Origin: a virus
Taxonomy: Duplodnaviria > Caudoviricetes
Virus record (IMG/VR): IMGVR_UViG_3300026543_000128
Coordinates: 1 to 27,721 of that record
Direction: 5' to 3' (one strand)
DNA: 27,721 nucleotides
Part shown: one piece after another, positions 13,302 through 22,830 of the stretch
Position numbering within the stretch: position 1 is the stretch's first letter
Layout of the letters: the number at the start of each line of letters is the position of its first letter
Translations under genes and position numbers: made by a program
The notes under the pieces: model-generated
Seen by the model: only the letters and a program-made list of their open reading frames with translations
Told to the model about the DNA's origin: nothing
Database searches by the model: none

Positions 13302-14820
13302 CCTGTTGACGCCGTTCTTCTGCTCCTGCTAGCACGCTAGCAGGTTCGGAAGGCGGTATCGCTTCCGCCGTTGCAAAACCAATGATATCTTCCTCAAACC
13401 CTTCTGGGGTTACCGCTCGTCGGGCGAGATTTATGATAGATGCCAGCACCCCAGGCCGAACCGGCTTGGCTTTTCCCACCACATCCGCTTTCAACCCCGT
13501 CTGGATACCTTCCAGAAAGCCTGGCAACTTCTTCGGATCAGTGATGAGAAACTTGCCAGTTTGCCGCATCAGTTGCCCAACAAACGGCGCCCGCTGGATA
13601 CCTGAGACGTCACTGGCAATAGACTTTTCAATCGTCGCAAAGAGAGGCTGAACATCGGCTAACACTTTTTTCATAGCTCCTTCTGCCCCTGGCGTTGCTT
13701 TCAATGAACGGTTAACCGCTTGTGCGGCACGAGTACGTCCGCGGCGCAAAGCCGTACTAAACCGGTTGAGGCTGAACATATCAAAGACAGCATCTGACGT
13801 GGTATCAATGTTATCTTCAATAAAATCATCAAGCTCTTCTGTCGCGCGCAGACGTGCCCAGCCGCGCCGCGCTTCTAGGAGTTTTTGGGCATTGGGGCTC
13901 GCGGGCGCAGCCTTCAATCCCGAGAAAATCGCATTGTCTATTTCACGGTTAAAATCCCGCATAAGCTTGACAGCTTCAAACTCTCCGCCGGCTTCTGTCA
14001 ATTTCCGTATCTGGCTATGCAATTGCTGCAAGTCGCCAATATCATCGACTGCACTCCCAGCTTTTAACCGTGTAAACAAAGCGTCCCATCGGCCGCCTGT
14101 CTTATTGAGTCGGTCTAAAGCACGAATTTCGCGTTGAATTTCCCCAATCTTCCCAGGAGCACCGGTCACTCTAAAATCATCAAGGAACTTGGCCACATCA
14201 TTAAGGACGATCTGTTCACCAGAGGCACGAACATCATCAAACAGCTTAGTAACTGTTGCTTTTTCTGGTGCCAAAAAAATCTCTTGCGGCGAGGTGCGCA
14301 TAACTTCAGCCGCTTCTGTTCGTCGAACAATCTGCGCTTGTGGCGTTCCGCGAGGGAACGCTTGCTTTGCACGCTTCAGCAACATGGCTGCCGTTTCTCC
14401 CACAGCTGAGAACCCCATCTCAGCACCCACTTCTCCCAGAGAAGGCAGCCCTTGCCCTGTTAAAACCCGTTGACCGGCCAGCCCAAGCCCCGAAGCCAGA
14501 CTGCCCCCAATGGTCGCGCCGATTTTCGGCAGGCCTACCCGTGCACCAAGAGCCCCGCCGCCAAGTTGACCAAGAAATTCAGCGCCGCCAGTGGCAACCA
14601 TTTCCCCTACGGTCCCTTTGACTCCTTTTTGCAAGACATCTTTGGCAAAAGAGAGCACTTCAGACCCTTGGACAACTTTTTGCCCAAACGACGTACCCTC
14701 TCGCATCTGTTGTTCAGCCAACACCTGAAGCTGTGCTTGCCCTTCTGGTGTGTTAGGAAAGGGGAGGTCTGTCGTAACCTCAAACGTGCCTTGCTCGGTC
14801 GTGACCTCATACGTGGCCAT
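13261..14820 (-). CDS. Putative DNA ejection/internal virion protein (P22 gp16 position)
   Basis: 519 aa, helical with a Gly-rich hydrophobic segment (GQLGGGALGARVG...GGSLASGLG); third of three genes after the GNAT. Assigned mainly by synteny. Confidence 0.6.
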   Translation of the reverse strand: MATYEVTTEQGTFEVTTDLPFPNTPEGQAQLQVLAEQQMREGTSFGQKVVQGSEVLSFAKDVLQKGVKGTVGEMVATGGAEFLGQLGGGALGARVGLPKIGATIGGSLASGLGLAGQRVLTGQGLPSLGEVGAEMGFSAVGETAAMLLKRAKQAFPRGTPQAQIVRRTEAAEVMRTSPQEIFLAPEKATVTKLFDDVRASGEQIVLNDVAKFLDDFRVTGAPGKIGEIQREIRALDRLNKTGGRWDALFTRLKAGSAVDDIGDLQQLHSQIRKLTEAGGEFEAVKLMRDFNREIDNAIFSGLKAAPASPNAQKLLEARRGWARLRATEELDDFIEDNIDTTSDAVFDMFSLNRFSTALRRGRTRAAQAVNRSLKATPGAEGAMKKVLADVQPLFATIEKSIASDVSGIQRAPFVGQLMRQTGKFLITDPKKLPGFLEGIQTGLKADVVGKAKPVRPGVLASIINLARRAVTPEGFEEDIIGFATAEAIPPSEPASVLAGAEERRQQASLGVVPSIPLPR

Positions 14821-14821
14821 A

Positions 14822-16312
14822 TCAGTTTATCCGTCTAATGCTGAGAATTTTCGGCGTGCCTGAGACTGGAGCAGCAGCTGGAGTAAGCGCTCTGTCATCA
14901 ACAGTTGTCCCTTGAAAGATCGACTCCCCACGAGCCCGCCGCGTTTGCGCCTCTTCTCTCGTAATGGTCCCTACATCGATCAAAGCGCCCTCATGTCGTT
15001 GCAGCAAACGCAACATGCCTTCTACGCGTGTCGTGAGCACATTGGGCGCGACATTTTGCGTACCGATCTGTTTTCCAAAACGCACAAGTTCCCCGGCGTT
15101 AATGGCGGCCCCTGACTGCACCCGAGCCCATAGTTCCTGGGCGAGATTGAGCGCTTGGCGAAATTCAATTTCCTGAGCCGAGACTGTTTCTCCCGCAATG
15201 CGCTCTCTCAATGCCCCGGCTGGCCCCTTGAAAAGTCCAACAAAATCTTTGTCAAATGTCCGCTGCACATCTTCCAAGGCGCCGCGTAGCTTGTCAACAA
15301 ACACCAGTGGCGTTTGGATATTCGCAGGAAGCCCCTGTTGCCCAAAACGCGCCCGCGCCTCTGCCTCTCGCAAATCAAGGCGTCGCAGTTGTGCATCAAC
15401 AACCGCTGCCTCAATCTCGGTATCTGACGGGGTGACCCCAGGCCGGAGGAGTCCTGCTGCCCCCAAGGCATCTCTAGCGCCTTGGCTCAATCCTTTGACT
15501 ACTTCGGTAAGCTTCCCCGTGCCTTCCCGTGTCAGCCGTCCTTCCTTGGCTGCCGCAAGTTTGGCCAACTCTTGGTCAATAAACACACGGTCATCGGCGA
15601 CTTCTTCGGCACTATCCTGCCCCAGCCGCTTGAGTTCATCAAATTCGGTTTTGTTGAAAATAGCAGGAATTTTGCAGTTCGGCCAAATACTGCACGCAAT
15701 CTCTTGCAGCCGGGGGCGATTCCGCTCAAGTGATTCCTGACTCGTTATCACCGCAGCAATATTGCCGGCTGCTTTCATCTTCGTCTGTACTAAATCTATC
15801 TCCTGCTTTTGCAAGTCAAGAGAAGCTTTATGATTCGCTAATTCCTTTGCCCCACCCTCCGGATCGCCCAACCTGGTCCTGATGGCTGCCCGAGCAATCA
15901 CATGTTCAGTGGGAGGCAGCACACCCTCCTGTGTTACTGGAGGCTGTCCAGACATGCCCAATGCTTGCTGTGGAGGCTGAAGACCTGGCGCTAACGCTTG
16001 AGGGCCTATCGTACCACCAGGAAGCTCTTGGGATACCTGCCCTTGCGGCACACTCACGTCTTGAAAGGGGACATTGATGGCCCCGGCATCTCCTGGTTGT
16101 TGTCTTCCCTGGCCCTGCCCCAGCGCTGCCAGCGCTTGCTGAATCTGTGCCGCTTGTGCCGCTTCCTGTTCGCCCTTGGCCAGGAGCTGCTCATTGAGTC
16201 GCCCGCGTTGCTGCCCACGCTGGAGTTGCCCCAGCGCAAGAAGGGTCGGCGCAATACTTCGCGTCTGGACTGGGCGAATCCCTAAGGGAATTCGGAAATC
16301 GATTTCAGCCAA
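14822..16312 (-). CDS. Putative DNA ejection protein (P22 gp20 position)
   Basis: 496 aa; TTG start with AGGAGG SD; Q/A/G-rich helical; SGAAINAGE motif; synteny. Confidence 0.6.
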   Translation of the reverse strand: MAEIDFRIPLGIRPVQTRSIAPTLLALGQLQRGQQRGRLNEQLLAKGEQEAAQAAQIQQALAALGQGQGRQQPGDAGAINVPFQDVSVPQGQVSQELPGGTIGPQALAPGLQPPQQALGMSGQPPVTQEGVLPPTEHVIARAAIRTRLGDPEGGAKELANHKASLDLQKQEIDLVQTKMKAAGNIAAVITSQESLERNRPRLQEIACSIWPNCKIPAIFNKTEFDELKRLGQDSAEEVADDRVFIDQELAKLAAAKEGRLTREGTGKLTEVVKGLSQGARDALGAAGLLRPGVTPSDTEIEAAVVDAQLRRLDLREAEARARFGQQGLPANIQTPLVFVDKLRGALEDVQRTFDKDFVGLFKGPAGALRERIAGETVSAQEIEFRQALNLAQELWARVQSGAAINAGELVRFGKQIGTQNVAPNVLTTRVEGMLRLLQRHEGALIDVGTITREEAQTRRARGESIFQGTTVDDRALTPAAAPVSGTPKILSIRRIN

Positions 16313-16326
16313 CGCTCTACCTCCTG

Positions 16327-17244
16327 TTAGGTGAAAGGCTGCGTGGGGACATTCCCCGTGGTCGTTATGCTTCCGCCTCCACCACCCAGCAATCCGAGCT
16401 GTTGCAGCAAGAAGAGGTTCTGTGCGCTTTGGCCAATATTACCCAACCCCTGGGTGATGGCATTGGCCTGGCCGACAGTCCCTACCGCGCCGATATTGCC
16501 CTGCGCAATCAAGTTGCCAGAGATGGCCCTGCCGGCTTCTAACGCCGCATTCCCAGCCACCGCGCCGCCTTGCAGAATTGTTTGACCACCACCGGCACCA
16601 ATATCAGCCCCTGCGCCTACCCCGACACTGGTTGCTGTCTGGCCAAAGCCTGCAAGACGTGCCAGGAGGTTGGCCCGGTCCAGGGTACCCGCCCGGTCTG
16701 TCTGAAAGCGCGTCAGCGACTCGTTGAAGTTGAGGCCACGCTCCTGTATAGCCCGTTGTTGTGCCGCCCCAAACTCTTGTGAGGCAAGGCCGCTGCTAAA
16801 CTCGGTCAGATCCCGGAGCTGTCCACCGCTAACCAGCCCCCCACGCGCAGAGGCCGCACGGTTGAGCGCCCGCTCGCCCTGTTGCAGTCGAAATTGAAAG
16901 CCTGGGTCTTGTTCAAACTCTTCTGCCCCAAATTGGAACGGCTCCGCGTCAGGCTGAAACGGTTGGGCTAATTGCTGCGAAAATTCTCCGCCCGGGGCCG
17001 AAAGGCCCGCAAGCTGCGTAAGCGCTTCAGTCCCGGCCTCGCGGAATGGTCGCAAGTCCTCCCGACCGACATCAAAAATGCCTTGCTGAAAATCCAGCGA
17101 CCGCTGGACGGCTTCAAGCTGTGTTTCCCCCGCCAGGCGGGCAGCTTCAAGCTGCACTTGCCCAGCTTCCTCTGAAGCCGAGGCTTGGGTTCTTGCAGCA
17201 CTCGACGCCGCTCTTGACTGGATAAGAGCAGAAACGACACTCAT
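16327..17244 (-). CDS. DNA transfer/ejection protein (P22 gp7-like)
   Basis: Ala/Gly/Gln-rich; LRPFREAG..AL, DPGFQFRLQQGERALNRAASARGGLVSG..L motif typical of gp7-position proteins. Confidence 0.75.
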   Translation of the reverse strand: MSVVSALIQSRAASSAARTQASASEEAGQVQLEAARLAGETQLEAVQRSLDFQQGIFDVGREDLRPFREAGTEALTQLAGLSAPGGEFSQQLAQPFQPDAEPFQFGAEEFEQDPGFQFRLQQGERALNRAASARGGLVSGGQLRDLTEFSSGLASQEFGAAQQRAIQERGLNFNESLTRFQTDRAGTLDRANLLARLAGFGQTATSVGVGAGADIGAGGGQTILQGGAVAGNAALEAGRAISGNLIAQGNIGAVGTVGQANAITQGLGNIGQSAQNLFLLQQLGLLGGGGGSITTTGNVPTQPFT

Positions 17245-17246
17245 GG

Positions 17247-17417
17247 CTAGCCCTCCGTGAGATTAGCTGCCTGAGCTATTTCCTGTCGAATAACACCAGT
17301 ATGTGCCTTGGGGCGTATCGTCAGTTCTTTCCCCTCGATTTTCTTTTCCACCACCCGGGCCTTGAGTTCCTTAAGACTCATCGATTGAATTTCTAACACA
17401 CTCGCTTCGACTGACAT
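17247..17417 (-). CDS. 56-aa hypothetical protein (below the ORF-track cutoff)
   Basis: MSVEASVLEIQSMSLKELKARVVEKKIEGKELTIRPKAHTGVIRQEIAQAANLTEG*; SD GGAGAGG; fills the gap between the GNAT and gp7-like genes. Confidence 0.7.
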   Translation of the reverse strand: MSVEASVLEIQSMSLKELKARVVEKKIEGKELTIRPKAHTGVIRQEIAQAANLTEG

Positions 17418-17426
17418 TGCCCTCTC

Positions 17427-18029
17427 CTACAGTTTTTTACTATGCAAGGTTTCAAACGGCTCAAACCCTTCGCGTAAGAGGAGAATCTCAACATTTTTTG
17501 CCAATGACGTGCTTGCGATAACGTGTTCGCACCCTTCCGCCTTCAGGAGTTCCTGAGCCTTCTGGAAAAGCCGTAATCCCACAAACCCTTGACGATAGGC
17601 CGGGGCCAAATACCACGAGTCATCAACCCCAGTAAGGACGTGTGCGTAGTGATGATGCACAATGATGGTCCAGCCAGAGAATCCTACAAGCTTTCCGCCG
17701 TCGCGGACGGTCGCCACCACGAGCCGCCCTTGTTCTTCAAGCATTTCATAGCTCTCACTCTGCAGATTCAGGTGGTCTGGCTGCGAGTCGGCCCGGACTT
17801 CGGCCCAATAGTCATCAATAAGCCCACGGACTTCGCTTTCGGATCGCGCCCACGTGTCTCGCTGAATGGTAACGTACTCAAGAGACACCTGTGGGACTGC
17901 CGATGCCGCTCTCTGTAGGCGCCGCTTGGCACGGTGTAAGCGTCGTATCCATGCATCAAGCTCCGAAGCATCAAGCTGCGAGACCCAGGCGACAGGATTT
18001 ATGTCAATAGGTTTCTCTAGAAGACTCAT
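17427..18029 (-). CDS. GNAT-family N-acetyltransferase (P22 gp14 position)
   Basis: GKLVGF...DDSWYLAPAYRQGFVGLRLFQKAQELLKAEG acetyl-CoA-binding motif A; LLREGFEP. Confidence 0.85.
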   Translation of the reverse strand: MSLLEKPIDINPVAWVSQLDASELDAWIRRLHRAKRRLQRAASAVPQVSLEYVTIQRDTWARSESEVRGLIDDYWAEVRADSQPDHLNLQSESYEMLEEQGRLVVATVRDGGKLVGFSGWTIIVHHHYAHVLTGVDDSWYLAPAYRQGFVGLRLFQKAQELLKAEGCEHVIASTSLAKNVEILLLREGFEPFETLHSKKL

Positions 18030-18346
18030 GAAATCTCCACCCCGGAAATATACCCCTCGATGCCCAGTCCTTGCACCTCAATTTCCCCGCCGGGCTCCAG
18101 CACCTGATTGATCAGCTCTGAGCCGAAAAACGTATTCCCGACAGCGACGGGTTGTGCCTGAATGACTGTGCGTGCCGTGCCTGCTGTGCGAGGATTGAGC
18201 GTCACCGTCAGGTTCACGACACCTCCCGTCACATTACAGAACGTAGCGGCCTTCACAACGCCAGTCGTACCGACTGGAGCAGTATAGGCATTCGCTAAGG
18301 ATGCCGTTAGCACGCCGTCAAACATAGAAAGATTGTTAACCGCCAT
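18026..18346 (-). CDS. Small beta-rich virion protein (tail-associated, hypothetical)
   Basis: 106 aa; AYTAPVGTT...ATFCN...QVLEPGG..ISGVEI; lies within the tail gene block. Confidence 0.7.
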   Translation of the reverse strand: MAVNNLSMFDGVLTASLANAYTAPVGTTGVVKAATFCNVTGGVVNLTVTLNPRTAGTARTVIQAQPVAVGNTFFGSELINQVLEPGGEIEVQGLGIEGYISGVEIS

Positions 18347-18415
18347 AATACAATGTCCTTATGCGGGAACAAAGAGGGCCCTGTCGATACGCTAATGAGT
18401 GTTTTGGTACGTCTC

Positions 18416-18811
18416 CTACCCTCCCGCGTCAAGTTTTGCCGCGTCCTGGGCAACGCGAAGAAGCAAGGCCTGCGCCGTCGATACTTCAGAAAAAACTTGG
18501 GCCTGCTCAATGGCTGCCGCCAAACGTCGCACTTCATGCTCGATAGGTACTGGAATGTCAATCGGGTCTTCGGGACGACGTGAGACGGCAACAGAAATAT
18601 CAATAGGATCATCGCCACGACGCGGGACGGCAATATCGCCTTGCTGAGGGTCGCTTTCGACGTCTGTCAGCCCAGCCTCCAGGCTACGGATAATACGATC
18701 AAGCGCCTCAAACCACGGTTGCCAAGCCCGGGCCACCAACCCTGTAGGTTCATCCGTCAACCGAGATCGCAGCAACGGCAGCGTCAATCGCTCGCGTGTT
18801 TCACCCATCAT
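18416..18811 (-). CDS. Hypothetical tail protein (P22 gp26 needle position)
   Basis: Overlaps the gp10-like stop; GLVARAWQPWFEAL followed by coiled-coil-like segments. Confidence 0.65.
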   Translation of the reverse strand: MMGETRERLTLPLLRSRLTDEPTGLVARAWQPWFEALDRIIRSLEAGLTDVESDPQQGDIAVPRRGDDPIDISVAVSRRPEDPIDIPVPIEHEVRRLAAAIEQAQVFSEVSTAQALLLRVAQDAAKLDAGG

Positions 18812-20232
18812 CGCACCTGCAAATAGCCGCTAAACATAGCAAACTTCGCCGCCGCCGTAAAGCGCATGCGGTAGGCTCTGTCATATGGCCTCCCCAGCTG
18901 CCGCCGCTTTGCCCTGACCCGGAATTCTCCTTGCTTCCCCAGTGACATAGGATGCTCGTTGCTCCACGTCTGCCCATGCGTATCAGACCAAGAGAGGGAC
19001 ATCTGCGGGTCCAGGGCAGGGCCAGACGCTACAGACTGCCCTACTCCCACCTCCATATCAATTTCCAACGAAACGTGTGTTGTGCGCTCTCTCGCAGTAT
19101 GCCAGTACGGCGCTACCCGTATGCGGGGTAATGGTTCCTCAGCATTCGTGTAGGTGTCCAGGCTGCTTTCATATACCGTCCCAGTGTTTTGACTACCCAG
19201 GATGTGCCGGCCGAAGGCGTGCATATGAAGCCATCCATCATGTGGCTTGATAAGACCATCGATTCCCAATCTCCCTCGCTCATGCCATAACTGAGTTGCG
19301 GCATCAAACACCCACGTGTGCGCCAACGTTTGGACAACAAAAAACCAGTGCCCTTCCTCTTGATAGCCAAAGGTGGTTATGCTCGCTTGGTCAACCTGGT
19401 TCAGAGCCGTTTCTATAGCATGGGTCGAGATACGTTGTGGGGCGTAGCCTACCGCACGCCAGACGATACCCGGTCCTTTGTCGTTCCCCCCGACCCAATA
19501 GACTACCTCATTTAGTTCCACCATGGTAAACGGGCTCGCCGTTCCCTGCTCAATAAACGGATTTTGCAGGGGTTGGAAAGGACGAGACAGTGCGCCGGTA
19601 TTGACAAACACCTCCACCGTCTGCGTGCCGAAAACCCACATTTCGCTATGACTTCGGTGGAGGCCGACAATCAAGTCTGGACTGCTTTGCGCACTAGCAA
19701 AGTCAGGACCCAAATAGCTGAGCCCGTCCAGAGCCAGGCTATGAAAGAATTGGTTCGTACCGCTGTGGTTGAAGAGAAAAAATTCATCAAGAGAGATGAC
19801 CGTATCTGTTGGCAGAAAGTCAGGATCGGTAATCTCCTGGAAAACGTTAGTCGCCAAATTCAAAATCCAGCCACGCCGGTTGGCCACAACGCACAGTTCA
19901 AGACTTGTATTGTCCATCGAGACACGTGTACCATTGCCTGTCAACGTTCCACGCTCCACAGAAGTCGTGGGGCTGGTCAACTCGATAAGCTTATCTGCCT
20001 GCACCACAAACGGCCGATTGCCTTTTGTGGCTACGTGCATCCCACGAATGCCACCTTGCCCTGGGAAAGTCTGCAGCACAGCGAGGCCAGGCGTGCCGTG
20101 CAGCACCGCAACGTCCTTCGGGTTGGGACTTTCCGCCAACTCTGGGTACAAGTTCACACAGCGCTGCGCATCGAGTGTCAGACTACGAGACTCGTAGGCA
20201 GGACCGACAAAGGCGAGTGGAATTTTCGGCAT
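18808..20232 (-). CDS. Packaged-DNA stabilisation/tail hub protein (P22 gp10-like)
   Basis: 474 aa; QRCVNLYPE, TPGL, FASAQSSPD.IV, WVFGTQTVEVF, QRISTHAIE, TWVFDAATQLWHER, WSDTHGQTWSN. Confidence 0.88.
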   Translation of the reverse strand: MPKIPLAFVGPAYESRSLTLDAQRCVNLYPELAESPNPKDVAVLHGTPGLAVLQTFPGQGGIRGMHVATKGNRPFVVQADKLIELTSPTTSVERGTLTGNGTRVSMDNTSLELCVVANRRGWILNLATNVFQEITDPDFLPTDTVISLDEFFLFNHSGTNQFFHSLALDGLSYLGPDFASAQSSPDLIVGLHRSHSEMWVFGTQTVEVFVNTGALSRPFQPLQNPFIEQGTASPFTMVELNEVVYWVGGNDKGPGIVWRAVGYAPQRISTHAIETALNQVDQASITTFGYQEEGHWFFVVQTLAHTWVFDAATQLWHERGRLGIDGLIKPHDGWLHMHAFGRHILGSQNTGTVYESSLDTYTNAEEPLPRIRVAPYWHTARERTTHVSLEIDMEVGVGQSVASGPALDPQMSLSWSDTHGQTWSNEHPMSLGKQGEFRVRAKRRQLGRPYDRAYRMRFTAAAKFAMFSGYLQVR

Positions 20233-20235
20233 GGC

Positions 20236-20508
20236 TTACTTTCCATCGCAGAGAACACACGGCTTTGTGGCACATGTCGAATGAAGCCCGAATTCTCTTT
20301 CCGGTGGGTCGAAACGAACCTGAGAAGACGGACCATACGTAGCAAGCGCAGCAATGACTGCGTCTCCCCCTACATGTCTTTGCAAGGCCTGAGCAAGCAG
20401 AGCAATTCCATCATCATCAATTTCTATGGAAACCTTACAAAGTCGACAGAATAAATCAACCTCTTGAGCATATGAGATTCCGCACTGCCACTCATGTTTA
20501 CACGGCAT
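20236..20508 (-). CDS. Cys-rich hypothetical protein
   Basis: 90 aa; CKH...CRLC...C...CVLC; fits between the gp4-like and gp10-like genes. Confidence 0.55.
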   Translation of the reverse strand: MPCKHEWQCGISYAQEVDLFCRLCKVSIEIDDDGIALLAQALQRHVGGDAVIAALATYGPSSQVRFDPPEREFGLHSTCATKPCVLCDGK

Positions 20509-20526
20509 AGCACACTCTTTTTCCTG

Positions 20527-21246
20527 CTAGCGATACCCTCTGATCCCACGATTATACCCGTAGACGTTCGCACTGCCCGGCAGACGGCTATCAAGCAACA
20601 TGACCTCACGCGGGCTATTGTTCGTCTTAATCACGCGCTTGGTCTGTGCCGCCAAACGGGCCAGCTTTGGCGGAAACACATCCACCTCGTATTCCGGGGC
20701 CAACCATTCCGCAAGATTGTAGCGTAAAGCCGCTGCATAACCTGTCGGGAAGGCAATGGTGGTATCAAGGCTGGGAAAGCTCCCAAGAGACTCCCAGGGA
20801 TACAAAAAAAGCTCGTCGGCGACCGTTGGTACGGGGTATACCGTCGCAGTCAGCACTGGAAAGGCGTCATCAAAGTAGATATACCAGACGAGAGAGTTCG
20901 TTGTTTGGGGAAGGGGAACCGCCCGGTGCTGCAAATCGGTAAGGATGGTCACTGGCACCTTCCGGCCACTCGATACAAATCGAAAAGAGACGCTATCTAC
21001 CCGGTCAGGACGCGCTAAGTCCCAGTCCCCACCCGGGCCCCATGTATACGTAGCCTTGCCGGGAACGAGCGTCTGTATCACCTCTGGCATTGTAAAGACC
21101 ATGAGGCTTTCTAGGCTCCACATCTCCAGCATTTCATTGGCACTTTGGCGCGCATCTTCGGCCTCGTCAGCGGTAGGGAGCTCCCCTTGTGCCGTTGCGC
21201 CGAGCGTACGTAGTGTACGAGTGATCAGATCACGGACTGTCGCCAT
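20527..21246 (-). CDS. Head-to-tail adaptor (P22 gp4-like)
   Basis: MATVRDLITRTLRTLG...GE.PTADE..DA...NEMLEMW...FPTGYAAALRYNLAEWLAPEY. Confidence 0.82.
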   Translation of the reverse strand: MATVRDLITRTLRTLGATAQGELPTADEAEDARQSANEMLEMWSLESLMVFTMPEVIQTLVPGKATYTWGPGGDWDLARPDRVDSVSFRFVSSGRKVPVTILTDLQHRAVPLPQTTNSLVWYIYFDDAFPVLTATVYPVPTVADELFLYPWESLGSFPSLDTTIAFPTGYAAALRYNLAEWLAPEYEVDVFPPKLARLAAQTKRVIKTNNSPREVMLLDSRLPGSANVYGYNRGIRGYR

Positions 21247-21550
21247 TATGTACCTTCCGAGGGCGCCCGCGTTTACGTTTTATAGCAGGGATCGGCACAA
21301 AGGGTGTTTCAAAACCTGCATTGATTTCCACGAGCGAGACCGCCCTATGCTCAGGCATTACCAGGCCCGCTATGACATCGATATCAAGTTCCGTGTTGAT
21401 GACTATCATAGGTTCTTCTGCCACACATGCCGGCTGTGGATACCGGCTCCAACCACTTCCCAGTGCATTTTCAGCGGCCTGGTTGTCGAGCCAAACCTTG
21501 GCACCAGGCCGATAGCGAATACGAGGGTCGTGTGGTTGGAGCGGTGACAT
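21230..21550 (-). CDS. Hypothetical protein with C-terminal AT-hook-like motif
   Basis: KRKRGRPRK near the C-terminus; immediately after the coat gene. Confidence 0.7.
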   Translation of the reverse strand: MSPLQPHDPRIRYRPGAKVWLDNQAAENALGSGWSRYPQPACVAEEPMIVINTELDIDVIAGLVMPEHRAVSLVEINAGFETPFVPIPAIKRKRGRPRKVHNGDSP

Positions 21551-21556
21551 AGTCGC

Positions 21557-22804
21557 TTACCCATACACGACAGTAGCCATTTCCGGCCGTTGAAGCGTCA
21601 CGCCCCAGAGTGCATCCACCCGGCTGATATAGTCGTAGGTATCTGCCCGGAAATCCTGGATAAAAGTAAAGGCCATCCCCATTTCCTTATCCTGCACCCG
21701 ACTTGCCATGTGCACTCCGCGCGGCAGCGGCAGATCAACAAAGGCCAGTCCGATGGCTTCCGGGTGAAACACCATGTTGTCCACGCTTGTGGCATTTTCC
21801 GTCCCGAGAAAATTCAAGGCAACCCCATCAGCAGGAAGTGCAACGATTGTCGCACGAGGTGCGAGGCTCGCCGCTGCAGCATTACTAATCATCGGCGGTT
21901 TAAAGGATATCGTTAAATTCCCTCCCCCATCAGCTGTGCCATCAGCCGTCACCACAAATGTCCGCAAAGTTCCCGCATCGGACAGGCTTTGCGCGCGTAC
22001 CATGTTAACGCCATCAACCCCTAGCACGCCCAATGTGAATCGGTCCCCTTCCCTGACCGTCGCCACCGTAACGGTAAACCCGTCAGTCACAAGCGTTGTC
22101 GCGCCCTCCGCCGGGATACCATTTGTCACGGGCGTACCCACAAAGTTTCCTGCCGTATGGACCCGCATATTTTGATCCATCTCCCAGCGGAAACCGCTGA
22201 CCATATTCGGTCCACTCATGCTTCCTTCGGTAAACTGCTTTGAAATGGAGGCTTGAGCATTAAATAATCCCTTGCTGCCCTTAATCACTTCAGCCTCAGC
22301 GCGAGGATCGACCAACGCGGCCCGCATTCTTCCCTTCGGCACACCCTCAAAGTCAAGGAGCACGCCTCCATCCAAAAAGATATCGGTATTAGCTGGTGCC
22401 GTTCCCGGCGTCCCGACCTGGTTGTATACGCCAATGGACAAATCACAGACGGATTGATCTATCGCGTTGGCAAGCGGTGCAATTGCGGGCTCAATGACTT
22501 GCGCCGAAAAGCTATTGATATCAAGAAGCATGTCGTTGGTCGTAAACAGCATAGGCACGTGCTCCTGTTGGAGCGTCAATGTGGCGAATTCCTCGACATG
22601 ATCCTCAGGAACCCACGCTGTGCCAGGGACCGACTTATGCTTGGCCGGGAGCCGGATATCTAAACTTTGTCCAATCTTTCCTCCTGAATTTGCAAACCGG
22701 TCATCATATCGCAGGGTGACAAAGCGTGTTGCAGACAGGTTGTTGCGCAACACCCTCGCCACCTGGTTGGTAATCATTGCAATGGTCAGTAACGTATTCG
22801 CCAT
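21557..22804 (-). CDS. Major capsid protein (P22 coat protein gp5 family)
   Basis: MANTLLTIAMIT...KIGQSLDIRLP...IEPAIAPLANAID...GFRWEMDQN...GDRFT...FHPEAIGLAFVDL...RVDALWG...RPEMA. Confidence 0.92.
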   Translation of the reverse strand: MANTLLTIAMITNQVARVLRNNLSATRFVTLRYDDRFANSGGKIGQSLDIRLPAKHKSVPGTAWVPEDHVEEFATLTLQQEHVPMLFTTNDMLLDINSFSAQVIEPAIAPLANAIDQSVCDLSIGVYNQVGTPGTAPANTDIFLDGGVLLDFEGVPKGRMRAALVDPRAEAEVIKGSKGLFNAQASISKQFTEGSMSGPNMVSGFRWEMDQNMRVHTAGNFVGTPVTNGIPAEGATTLVTDGFTVTVATVREGDRFTLGVLGVDGVNMVRAQSLSDAGTLRTFVVTADGTADGGGNLTISFKPPMISNAAAASLAPRATIVALPADGVALNFLGTENATSVDNMVFHPEAIGLAFVDLPLPRGVHMASRVQDKEMGMAFTFIQDFRADTYDYISRVDALWGVTLQRPEMATVVYG

Positions 22805-22830
22805 GGTTGCCCTCTGTGAGGGGGCAAACC

